From Ignavibacteriales bacterium (lineage in GTDB: Bacteria; Bacteroidota; Ignavibacteria; UBA10030): 64,000 nt of DNA. Below, in pieces: positions 10,171-18,899 of this stretch. The notes under the pieces are model-generated. The model made no database searches, had not been told where the DNA came from, and saw only the letters and a list, made by a program, of their open reading frames with translations. The position numbers were made by a program, and so were the translations under genes. Location of the stretch: positions 12,779-76,778 of the forward strand of contig JAPLFP010000355.1 of the NCBI GenBank assembly GCA_026390585.1, written 5' to 3'. Numbering within the stretch: the stretch's first letter is position 1; each line of letters starts with the position of its first letter.

Positions 10171-13100
10171 GTGACCACACCCAAAGAAATCGTCAAGCTT
10201 GTCGAGCGCTTCGACCACAACAGAGATCAATACCTCTCGGGCAAGTACAACGAGGCGCAACTCCGACAGGAATTTGTCAATCCTTTCTTCGCTGCTCTTG
10301 GCTGGGACATCGAGAACCGCCTGGGCTACGCCGAGCCATACAAGGAAGTCATACATGAAGATGCAATCAAGATCGGAAGCGCGACAAAGGCGCCAGACTA
10401 CGCATTTCGTATCGGGGGAACGCGAAAATTCTTCGTTGAAGCAAAGAATCCTTCCGTCAACCTCAAGGAAGACGCCACACCCGCCTTTCAGCTTCGCCGC
10501 TATGCCTGGTCCGCAAAACTGCCGCTGAGTATTCTAACAGACTTCGAAGAGTTCGTGATCTACGACTGTCGCACGAAGCCGCTCAGCAGCGACAAAGCCT
10601 CTACCGCTCGCGTGCAATACCTCACTTATAAAGAGTACATCCCGAAATGGGAGACGATTGCATCGGTCTTTTCGAAAGAGTCGGTCCTCAAGGGTTCATT
10701 CGACAAATATGCAGACTCTGCCAGGGGGAAGAAAGGCACGGCCGAGGTCGACGATGCGTTCCTGAAAGAGATTGAATCGTGGCGTGAGCTTCTGGCAAAG
10801 AACATCGCACTCCGCAACCCGAAACTCTCGCAGCCAGAGCTCAACTTCGCTGTGCAGCGTACCATTGACCGTATCATTTTTCTGCGCATTTGCGAGGACC
10901 GGGGAATCGAGCCCTACGGCCGACTCCAGTCGCTTGTCAACGGAGAGCACATCTATCGGCGACTGTACGAACAGTTCTACCGGGCAGATGAGAAATACAA
11001 TTCCGGACTTTTCCATTTCGAGGCGGAGAAAGGGCGGCCGGAGCTACTGGATGAGCTGACCCCCCACCTGCACATCGACGACAAGCCTCTCAAAGAGATT
11101 CTCGCGAACCTGTACTATCCCGATTCTCCGTACGAATTCTCCGTTCTTCCCGCAGACATACTCGGCCAGGTGTACGAGCAGTTTCTCGGCAAGGTCATAC
11201 GGCTTACCGCAGGACACCAGGCAAAGGTCGAAGAGAAGCCGGAAGTGAAGAAGGCCGGCGGTGTCTACTATACACCGACATACATTGTCGATTACATCGT
11301 CAAGAACACCGTCGGCAGACTCTTGGACCCCGAGCCCCCTCTCCTCGTGGGAGAGGGTGAGGTCGGCAAACGCAAAGCCGCGAAGCCCATCACCGGAGTT
11401 GGCAAGCTCATCGAACCCGAGCCCTCTCCCCCTTCACAAGGGGGAGACAAAGAGGCGGTCAGCAGCAAGCAACTCGCAAAGCCCTTGACACCAAAAGAAG
11501 CATCCAAGCTCCGCATACTCGATCCCGCGTGCGGCTCAGGCTCGTTCCTCATCGGGGCGTATCAATATCTTCTCAACTGGCACCGTGATTGGTACGAGAA
11601 GGACGGAGCGGAGAAACACGCAACCGGCAAGACCGCAGAGATCTTTCGCGGGCCAGGCGGAGAGTGGCGGCTCACGACAGCCGAGCGCAAGCGCATACTT
11701 CTCAACAACATTTATGGCGTTGACATCGATTCGCAAGCTGTGGAGGTAACAAAACTCTCCCTCCTCCTGAAGGTGCTTGAAGGCGAGAACGAGCAGACAA
11801 TTAGCCAGCAGCTGAAGATGTTCCATGAGCGTGCACTCCCCGACCTCGGCAGCAACATCAAGTGCGGTAATTCGCTCATCGGTCCCGATTTCTACGAAGG
11901 CAAACAATTGTCGTTGCTCGATGACGAAGAAAAAAACCGGATAAATGTGTTCGACTGGAAGAGCGAGTTCAAGGAGATCATGGATGCGGGTGGGTTTGAT
12001 GCGGTGATTGGGAATCCGCCGTACGGCGTACCGTTCTCGCCACAAGAGTTAGGCTACCTGAGCGTGAAATACAAGAAAGCCGCGAAATTCCCAGACAGCT
12101 ACTGTTACTTCATTATTAAATCAGTTGATATCCTACGTTTAAAAGGCGCGGTCTCGATGATCGTGCCCAACACCTTCTGTGATTTGGAAAATTGCGACGA
12201 TTTTCGCAAATGGCTCTTGACAGAATGCATGCTTGGAGAAATATGGCAAACCGGCTGGGCTTTCAAATCGGCGATAGTCGATACGTTGGTATTTCGAATC
12301 ACGAGGCAGACGGCTCGTGGAGCCTTAGAAGTCACAATAAAAATCGGAAACAGGAGCTACAAAAGGCTCTTGCAGGAATTTACCGAAAACGATCTCGCAA
12401 AGATAGACTATCGCAACACTCCTGACAATCAAATCATATTACGAAAAGTCACGAAGGACAGCATTCAGTGTGGTTCGCTCTGCACCATAAAAGCTGGTGT
12501 AAAAATGTATGAGAAGGGGAAGGGAATTCCCCCGCAAAGCGACAAGACCTTACAGGAGAGGCCCTATTCAAAGAAGGGCAAACAGCCGAAGGGCTGGAAG
12601 CCTCTATATAGAGGCGAGCATGTATCGCGGTATGCCTTGAGCACCACTGATGAATTCGTAGAGTATGGACCATGGCTTGCGGCTCCTCGCAGCGTCGAAT
12701 TGTTCGCGGGCCAAAAGATACTGATGAGAAGAACTGACGACAAGCTCCGAGCATGCCTCGAGTCCGATTCCGCAATTTGCGTCAACTCATGCCATGTGAT
12801 ACGACTGAAAGAGGGTTCGCCCGGTTCGTATTCACCTCATTATCTGCTCGGAATTTTCAACTGCAGATTATTGCAGCGCATCTTCGAACTGCAAAACCCT
12901 CAAATGGTTCAGAAGGTTTTCGCGGAAATAAAGGTGATTTATGTTGAGAGGCTACCTATCCGTGCAATCGACTTCTCCAATCCGTCCGACAAATCCCGTC
13001 ACGACAAGATGGTGCAGTTGGTTGAGCAAATGCTCTCGTTGCACAAGCAGCTTCCCGCGGCGAAGACGGAGCAAGAGAAGACTGTGATACAGCGGCAGAT

Positions 13101-13185
13101 CGAAGCAACGGATAAACAGATTGATGCATTGGTTTACGAGTTGCATGATCTAACAAAAGAAGAGATCGCCATCGTCGAAGGATAA
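10171..13185 (+). CDS. Fused type IIG (Eco57I-like) restriction-modification enzyme: endonuclease, N6-adenine MTase and TRD
   Basis: N-terminal PDY..FVEAK nuclease motif; GVYYTP, LDPACGSGSFL (motif I), GNPPY (motif IV); TaqI-C-like TRD; helical C-terminus. Confidence 0.92.
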   Translation: MTTPKEIVKLVERFDHNRDQYLSGKYNEAQLRQEFVNPFFAALGWDIENRLGYAEPYKEVIHEDAIKIGSATKAPDYAFRIGGTRKFFVEAKNPSVNLKEDATPAFQLRRYAWSAKLPLSILTDFEEFVIYDCRTKPLSSDKASTARVQYLTYKEYIPKWETIASVFSKESVLKGSFDKYADSARGKKGTAEVDDAFLKEIESWRELLAKNIALRNPKLSQPELNFAVQRTIDRIIFLRICEDRGIEPYGRLQSLVNGEHIYRRLYEQFYRADEKYNSGLFHFEAEKGRPELLDELTPHLHIDDKPLKEILANLYYPDSPYEFSVLPADILGQVYEQFLGKVIRLTAGHQAKVEEKPEVKKAGGVYYTPTYIVDYIVKNTVGRLLDPEPPLLVGEGEVGKRKAAKPITGVGKLIEPEPSPPSQGGDKEAVSSKQLAKPLTPKEASKLRILDPACGSGSFLIGAYQYLLNWHRDWYEKDGAEKHATGKTAEIFRGPGGEWRLTTAERKRILLNNIYGVDIDSQAVEVTKLSLLLKVLEGENEQTISQQLKMFHERALPDLGSNIKCGNSLIGPDFYEGKQLSLLDDEEKNRINVFDWKSEFKEIMDAGGFDAVIGNPPYGVPFSPQELGYLSVKYKKAAKFPDSYCYFIIKSVDILRLKGAVSMIVPNTFCDLENCDDFRKWLLTECMLGEIWQTGWAFKSAIVDTLVFRITRQTARGALEVTIKIGNRSYKRLLQEFTENDLAKIDYRNTPDNQIILRKVTKDSIQCGSLCTIKAGVKMYEKGKGIPPQSDKTLQERPYSKKGKQPKGWKPLYRGEHVSRYALSTTDEFVEYGPWLAAPRSVELFAGQKILMRRTDDKLRACLESDSAICVNSCHVIRLKEGSPGSYSPHYLLGIFNCRLLQRIFELQNPQMVQKVFAEIKVIYVERLPIRAIDFSNPSDKSRHDKMVQLVEQMLSLHKQLPAAKTEQEKTVIQRQIEATDKQIDALVYELHDLTKEEIAIVEG
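11311..11490 (+). repeat. In-frame tandem duplication carrying two palindromic elements inside the RM gene
   Basis: Two related units (VGRLLDPEP...AKPIT / VGKLIEPEP...AKPLT); perfect stems at 11337-11357 (8 bp) and 11425-11447 (10 bp). Confidence 0.8.
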
Positions 13186-13207
13186 CCGCGCTCTATCCCC
13201 TCCCATT

Positions 13208-13239
13208 GACCCCCTCCTGCCTTCCCCTGTGAGGGGGAG
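13208..13239. repeat. C/G-rich palindromic element of the same family, just downstream of the RM gene
   Basis: gacccccctcctgc-like arm followed by cttcccct-gtg-agggggag hairpin. Confidence 0.55.
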
Positions 13240-13386
13240 TGTCTGCTTCGTCGACACCTGCCTTGCTCTGTAAAAAATCGGAACCACCACCAGTCCTCCA
13301 GCGAATTCTGCATTGCAGTTGAAGACAATTCTCCCGTCCTTGAACGGCATTCGAAACTCACTTGAAGGATGGAGAGGCAACGATAG

Positions 13387-14805
13387 ATGGTTGGGAGTAA
13401 TTTTGGGGGTGGCAAGCACATCGTTGCATCCTTCCTTCTCGTCGTATTGACCCTCCTCGTTGCCAGCGAAAGCAGCGCTCAGGTTCCCCTTCGCCAGAAG
13501 ATCGGCCAGATGGTGATGGTCACCATGACAGGCGACTCTCTTGACGGGAAAGCTTCACCCAGCGTCGACACCATGAAATCTGATCTCGCCAACGGCTTCG
13601 TCGGCGGGGTCATCATGTTCACCTGGAGCAACAACCTCAGGAATCCGCAGCAAATTGCCCATCTCACCAAGAAACTCCAGGAACAATCCTCTACTCCGCT
13701 TTTCATTTGCATCGACGAAGAAGGAGGGCAGGTCGCCCGACTGAGCGCCGCAAATGGATTTGCCAATACCCCATCAGAGTTCCAGCTGGGAAGCGCAAAC
13801 AACGAGTCGAACACCAGGGCAACGGCGTCAACCATGGCCGGGTGGTTTATGCAAACCGGACTCAACCTCAACCTGGCACCCGTCGTTGACGTCAATGTCA
13901 ATCCCAATAGTCCGGCGATCGGAGCACTCGGTCGCAGTTTCTCGTCGAATCCCGACATCGTCGCTGCCAATGCATCCTGGTTCATCGATGAGTTTCACAA
14001 GAAGAACATCCTTACAACATTGAAGCACTTCCCAGGTCATGGCAGCGCTGCGACGGACTCGCATCTTGGACTCGTCGACATCACCTATACGTGGTCGGAC
14101 AAAGAGCTCACTCCGTATCGACAGCTTCTGAGCGCAGGAAAAGTTGACGCGATCATGACTGCGCATGTGTTCAATGCCAAACTCGATAGCCTCTATCCGG
14201 CCACTCTCTCGCAGAAAATCCTCACAGGGATCTTGAGGAATCAGCTTGGTTACAATGGCGTTGTTGTAAGCGATGACATGAGTATGCAAGCCATTGTCTC
14301 ATACTACGGGTTTGATGATGCAGTCACACTTGCCGTGAATGCCGGCCTCGATATCCTTCTCTATACCAGCAACCTGCACGACGCCAGTTCTTCTCGGGCA
14401 AGACACGTCGTTGACCTCATCGAAAGAAAAGTCAAGGACGGGACGATCGACGCGAAGAGGATCGATGATTCCTACAACAGGGTCATGGCACTCAAGCGCC
14501 GCTCTATCGCCAGCGGAGTGGAGTTTGCGCTCTCGGCAGTGCCCGATCACTTCATTCTGAGAAACTATCCAAACCCATTCAATCCCTCCACAACGATTGC
14601 CATTCAGATCCCGCAGCGAGAGCACGTCAGTCTGAAGATCTTTGACCTGCTAGGCAGGGAGATTGTCACCCTCCTGGATGACAATGCCCCCGCTGGAACC
14701 AGGCTCGTCACGTGGAATGCGTCAAATCTCGCCTCTGGGATCTATATCGCACAGCTGAGAACCAGCCGGGAGATTCACAACCTCAAGATGGTGCTATTGA
14801 AGTAG
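13387..14805 (+). CDS. Secreted GH3 beta-N-acetylhexosaminidase (NagZ-like) with T9SS C-terminal domain
   Basis: IDEEGGQVARL, KHFPGHGSAATDSH NagZ motif, SDDMSM nucleophile; C-terminal NYPNPFNPSTTI...KMVLLK. Confidence 0.88.
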   Translation: MVGSNFGGGKHIVASFLLVVLTLLVASESSAQVPLRQKIGQMVMVTMTGDSLDGKASPSVDTMKSDLANGFVGGVIMFTWSNNLRNPQQIAHLTKKLQEQSSTPLFICIDEEGGQVARLSAANGFANTPSEFQLGSANNESNTRATASTMAGWFMQTGLNLNLAPVVDVNVNPNSPAIGALGRSFSSNPDIVAANASWFIDEFHKKNILTTLKHFPGHGSAATDSHLGLVDITYTWSDKELTPYRQLLSAGKVDAIMTAHVFNAKLDSLYPATLSQKILTGILRNQLGYNGVVVSDDMSMQAIVSYYGFDDAVTLAVNAGLDILLYTSNLHDASSSRARHVVDLIERKVKDGTIDAKRIDDSYNRVMALKRRSIASGVEFALSAVPDHFILRNYPNPFNPSTTIAIQIPQREHVSLKIFDLLGREIVTLLDDNAPAGTRLVTWNASNLASGIYIAQLRTSREIHNLKMVLLK

Positions 14806-15084
14806 AACCTATCTCAAAAACACACTAGGGAAAGAAAATAGTCTCACGCAAAGTCCCGCTCTGCAACGAGTCATTGCGAACGCTTTCTGCGAAGCAATCT
14901 GTCGATAGATTGTCCCGCTTCTGGATTCCGCTTATGAGCGGGATTCAGAGAGCGGAACTTCGTCGCTTCGCTCCTCGCAAAGACTGGAAGCTAGTTGTCA
15001 CTGCACCAAATATGTCTCTGCGCCCTTGGCGCCTATGCCCCGAAGGGGGTCACTTCGAAACGTGACATTTTTGAGATGACTTCT
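14804..15084. mobile_element. Degenerate MITE-like shell carrying a nested GTCATTGCGA-type palindromic element
   Basis: Ends agaacctatctcaaaaa / tttttgagatgacttct; internal gtcattgcgaacg...gaagcaatct...agattg...cttcg...ctcgcaaagac. Confidence 0.6.
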
Positions 15085-15208
15085 TGTATGTTGCTGTTGC
15101 GCACTTGCCTTTTTTTTCGTACCGTTTCGGGAGCGATCGGTTCTCCAACACCCACCATCCGTCGCTTCGAATTCCATTCCGTCAATCTCTCTTCGTCAGG
15201 AGTCCGTC

Positions 15209-18200
15209 ATGGCCCGCTCGTTCGCAATTCTGTTTCTTACAATATTGAGCTGCAACCTCTTTGCTGAATCCCCGAGGGGATACTATCGATTCCCGGCACT
15301 CTCAGCCGACAAGATCATCTTCACTGCCGAAGGTGATCTTTGGAACGTTGAAATGCGCGGAGGAATCGCTCAACGACTGACTTCTCACCTGGGAACAGAA
15401 TCAAACGCTTCCGTTTCTCCGGATGGAGTGCTTATCGCGTTCTCTGCACAATACGAAGGACCAACCGAAGTCTACACAATGCCCATTGATGGCGGCATAC
15501 CAACACGACGAACGTACGACGGCGAGACAGCGACGGTGATCGGATGGACGCTCGATGGGAGGATCATTTATCAAACTTCCCACTTCTCGACGCTCCCGAA
15601 CCGACAGCTTCTGACCATCGATCTCAAAGGCGGACATGCCGACGTGCTTCCGCTCAGCCAGGCAAGCGACGGAAGCTTCGATGAAAAGGGAACGACATTG
15701 TATTTCACCCGCCTCCCCTTTCAGGGCAGCCATACGAAACGCTACAAAGGTGGAACTGCTCAGAACCTCTGGAAATACGAGCTTGGGAAACCCGAAGCCT
15801 TGCCACTCACAGCAGACTTTCCCGGCACGAGCAAGACTCCGATGTTCTGGCATCAGCGCGTTTACTTCGCGAGCGATCGAGACGGTACAATGAACATTTG
15901 GTCGATGAATGATGACGGAAAAGACCTGAAGCAACTTACATTCCACAAAGGTTGGGATGTGAAGTCGCCTTCACTCCGGAATGGCAAGATTGTCTATCAG
16001 GTGGGTGCGGACATTTTTCTTTTTGATGTTGCCGCGAACGTCGAGAATCTCGTCTCCATTTCCCTTGCGTCCGATTTCGACCAGGAGCGAGAGAAGTGGG
16101 TAAAGAAACCCATGGAGTATCTGACCGCAAGCAATCTCTCTCCGAACGGCGACAGGATTGCTCTCACGGCACGCGGACAAGTGTTCGTCGCTCCAGCCCA
16201 GCAAGGAAGACTTGTGCAAGCCACGAAAAAGGGGACTGTCCGTTTTCGAAATGCCAGGTTCATGCCCGACGGCAAGTCGCTTCTCATGCTCTCTGACGAA
16301 TCAGGCGAGCTTGAATTCTGGAAGGTACCCGCCAACGGCGTCGGAGATCCGGAACAACTCACGAGGGACGGAAAGGTGTCTCGATCAGAGGGCGCCCCCT
16401 CTCCGAATGGAACAATGTTTGCATTCGACGACAAGAATGGGAAACTGTGGATCTACAATATCGAGGAGAAGATGATGATCGAGGTCACGACCTCGACAAT
16501 TGCTGGAGGAATCGTCGGTTTCAGCTGGTCGCCGGACAGCAAGTGGCTCGCGTTCGTCGCATCGGCTGATAACAACAACCAGCAGATCAAACTCTATCAT
16601 GTCACTGATGGAAACACCATTGTCCTTACGCGGGACAGAGTCGAAAGCTACAGTCCGACATGGAGCGAGGACGGAAAGTGGCTCTATTTCCTTTCGGATC
16701 GTTTCTTTCAATCCCTGGTCGGCAGCCCCTGGGGGGCCAGACAGCCTGAGCCATATTACGACAAGACCACGAAGATCTATCACGTTTCGTTGAAGAAAGA
16801 CGGACGTTCGCCCTTCCTCCCCACAGATGAACTGGCAGCGATTCAACAAGAGAAGGACAAGGAGAAGGAGAAGGACAAAGAGAAAGACAAGAAGAAGGAG
16901 TCCGACGATCAGAAGAAGGAAAAGAGTGTGGATGTCGTCATCGATCTCGAAGGGCTCCAGGACAGGATCTGGGAAGTTCCCATCTCCGCCGGCAACTATG
17001 GCAGCTTGACGATGAACGAGAAGAACCTCTTCTGGCAGGAATCGGACCCTTCGCAGAACTTCAAGACAAAGCTCGTAGCACTGGAGATTAAGAACAAGGA
17101 CATCGCATCAAAAACGCTGGTTGAAGATATCGGCGGCTACGAACTCTCGCGTGATGGTAAGAAACTCTTCGTTCAAAAGAGCGGCGATCTGTTCGTGATC
17201 GACGCCTCGTCGACGCCACCAACGGAAATGTCCAAGAGCAAAGTCAACCTGGACAACTGGACGATGACGGTCAATCCACGGGATGAATGGCGACTCATGC
17301 TTCGTGAAGCCTGGCGACTCGAGCGCGACTACTTTTACGACACGAAACTCCACGGTATTGACTACAACGGGCTTCTGGCAAAACATCTTCCGCTCGTTGA
17401 CCGTGTGACTGACCGCGACGAACTGAACGACCTCATCTCAAGCCTTGTCGGTGAGCTTGCAGCGCTTCACACATATGTTTTTGGAGGTGATCGACGAACA
17501 ACGCTCGATCAGGTATCCCTTGCCTCATTCGGCGCGCTCCTCACCCGAGACGAGACGAACGGAGGATACAGAATCCAGCATATCTACAAGGGCGATCCGG
17601 ATTATCCGGAAGTTTCGTCCCCCCTCATCAGGAACAGCCTCGACATTCACGAGGGAGATGTCATCAAAGCGATCAATGGTGTACCAACCCTTTCCGTTGC
17701 ATCACCGTATCTTCTTCTTCGCAATCAGCTGAATCAGCAGGTGCTCTTGAAGCTCAAGTCTGCCAGTACGGCCAAAGAGTTCGACGCCATCGTGAAACCG
17801 ATTTCACAAAACGAGGAATTCAATCTCCGGTACACTGAGTGGGAGTATACGCGGCGACTGCTTGTCGATGAAACCAGCAAGGGGGACATCGGTTACGTTC
17901 ATCTGCGTGCGATGGGAGGTGGCAACTATACGGAATGGGCCAAGAACTTCTACCCCATCTTCAATCGGAAAGGGCTGATCATTGACGTCCGCCACAATAG
18001 CGGTGGTAACATTGACAGCTGGATACTGGAGAAACTGCTGCGAAAGGCCTGGTTCTATTGGAAGAACCGCCAAAATCAGCCGACGTGGAACATGCAGTAC
18101 GCATTCCGGGGACATCTGGTGGTACTCTGCGACGAACGGACAGCCTCTGACGGCGAAGCCTTCACAGAGGGGTTCCGAAGACTCGGCCTTGGGAAGGTCA

Positions 18201-18502
18201 TCGGCACGCGGACATGGGGAGGCGAGATCTGGCTTTCAACCCGGCCATGGTTGCAGGACAAAGGATTTGCGTCTGCAGCGGAAATGGGAGTCTATGGCCC
18301 TGAGGGAGAGTGGCTGATTGAGGGACATGGTGTCGATCCGGACATCGTCGTGGATAACCTCCCGAAAGCGACCTTTGATGGTAACGATGTTCAGCTCGCA
18401 GCTGCGATCAAATATCTGCAGGAGCAAATCAAGCTGCACCCGATTGAAGTCCCTCCTGCGCCGCGATTCCCGAACAAGGCATTTGACTACGACAAGAAAT
18501 GA
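15209..18502 (+). CDS. Tricorn protease homologue (peptidase S41)
   Basis: Signal peptide, PD40 beta-propellers, PDZ-like region, DVRHNSGG, ASDGE and GTRTWGG S41 motifs; 1097 aa. Confidence 0.93.
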   Translation: MARSFAILFLTILSCNLFAESPRGYYRFPALSADKIIFTAEGDLWNVEMRGGIAQRLTSHLGTESNASVSPDGVLIAFSAQYEGPTEVYTMPIDGGIPTRRTYDGETATVIGWTLDGRIIYQTSHFSTLPNRQLLTIDLKGGHADVLPLSQASDGSFDEKGTTLYFTRLPFQGSHTKRYKGGTAQNLWKYELGKPEALPLTADFPGTSKTPMFWHQRVYFASDRDGTMNIWSMNDDGKDLKQLTFHKGWDVKSPSLRNGKIVYQVGADIFLFDVAANVENLVSISLASDFDQEREKWVKKPMEYLTASNLSPNGDRIALTARGQVFVAPAQQGRLVQATKKGTVRFRNARFMPDGKSLLMLSDESGELEFWKVPANGVGDPEQLTRDGKVSRSEGAPSPNGTMFAFDDKNGKLWIYNIEEKMMIEVTTSTIAGGIVGFSWSPDSKWLAFVASADNNNQQIKLYHVTDGNTIVLTRDRVESYSPTWSEDGKWLYFLSDRFFQSLVGSPWGARQPEPYYDKTTKIYHVSLKKDGRSPFLPTDELAAIQQEKDKEKEKDKEKDKKKESDDQKKEKSVDVVIDLEGLQDRIWEVPISAGNYGSLTMNEKNLFWQESDPSQNFKTKLVALEIKNKDIASKTLVEDIGGYELSRDGKKLFVQKSGDLFVIDASSTPPTEMSKSKVNLDNWTMTVNPRDEWRLMLREAWRLERDYFYDTKLHGIDYNGLLAKHLPLVDRVTDRDELNDLISSLVGELAALHTYVFGGDRRTTLDQVSLASFGALLTRDETNGGYRIQHIYKGDPDYPEVSSPLIRNSLDIHEGDVIKAINGVPTLSVASPYLLLRNQLNQQVLLKLKSASTAKEFDAIVKPISQNEEFNLRYTEWEYTRRLLVDETSKGDIGYVHLRAMGGGNYTEWAKNFYPIFNRKGLIIDVRHNSGGNIDSWILEKLLRKAWFYWKNRQNQPTWNMQYAFRGHLVVLCDERTASDGEAFTEGFRRLGLGKVIGTRTWGGEIWLSTRPWLQDKGFASAAEMGVYGPEGEWLIEGHGVDPDIVVDNLPKATFDGNDVQLAAAIKYLQEQIKLHPIEVPPAPRFPNKAFDYDKK

Positions 18503-18516
18503 CCTGAAAGTCCGAT

Positions 18517-18860
18517 GTGACCGTCACCTACCTGCGAACTCTGCGTAAGGTGACGGTCATCTTACTCCGCGATTCGGCACGCTCAGCACACCCTTCGTCT
18601 TCGCTCGCAAACAACCCTCGCTTCGCTCAGGGTGTGACACGTCTTTTTGTGGGATGGTGGACCAAACAAAACCGTGACACATCCTGAGCGCCTGCCCGCC
18701 CGCCGACGTCCCGAGGACTTAGGCGGGCCCGCCAAAGCGGAGCGCAGGCGGGGAGGGAGCGCTTTTTGCGACCGGAGTCGAACCCTTCGACACCTCTTAG
18801 ATAATACTTCGAAGTCGCTCAGGGTTCGACCCCGAGTGTAGTCGAGGGATCGAAGGATGA
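18517..18860. repeat. Cluster of nested REP-like palindromic elements between convergent genes
   Basis: gtgaccgtcacct/aggtgacggtca pair; cccttcg...gctcaggg and cctgagc...tcgaagga units interrupted by cctgcc...gcaggcggg and cccttcgac...gtcgaggg units. Confidence 0.7.
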
Positions 18861-18899
18861 ACCAAGCCGGCCTTCATGTCTACGGATATCCTAAATCGG

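Noticed and set aside
13240..13390. Protein-like minus-strand stretch (FKDGRIVFNCNAEFAGGLVVVP)
   Set aside because: May be a gene relic, but I cannot assign a family or start
16850..16925. KEKD low-complexity repeat in tricorn protease
   Set aside because: Charged linker typical of this family; not a DNA repeat element
18780..18850. GGTTCGA suggesting a tRNA T-loop
   Set aside because: No cloverleaf; part of the palindromic repeat cluster
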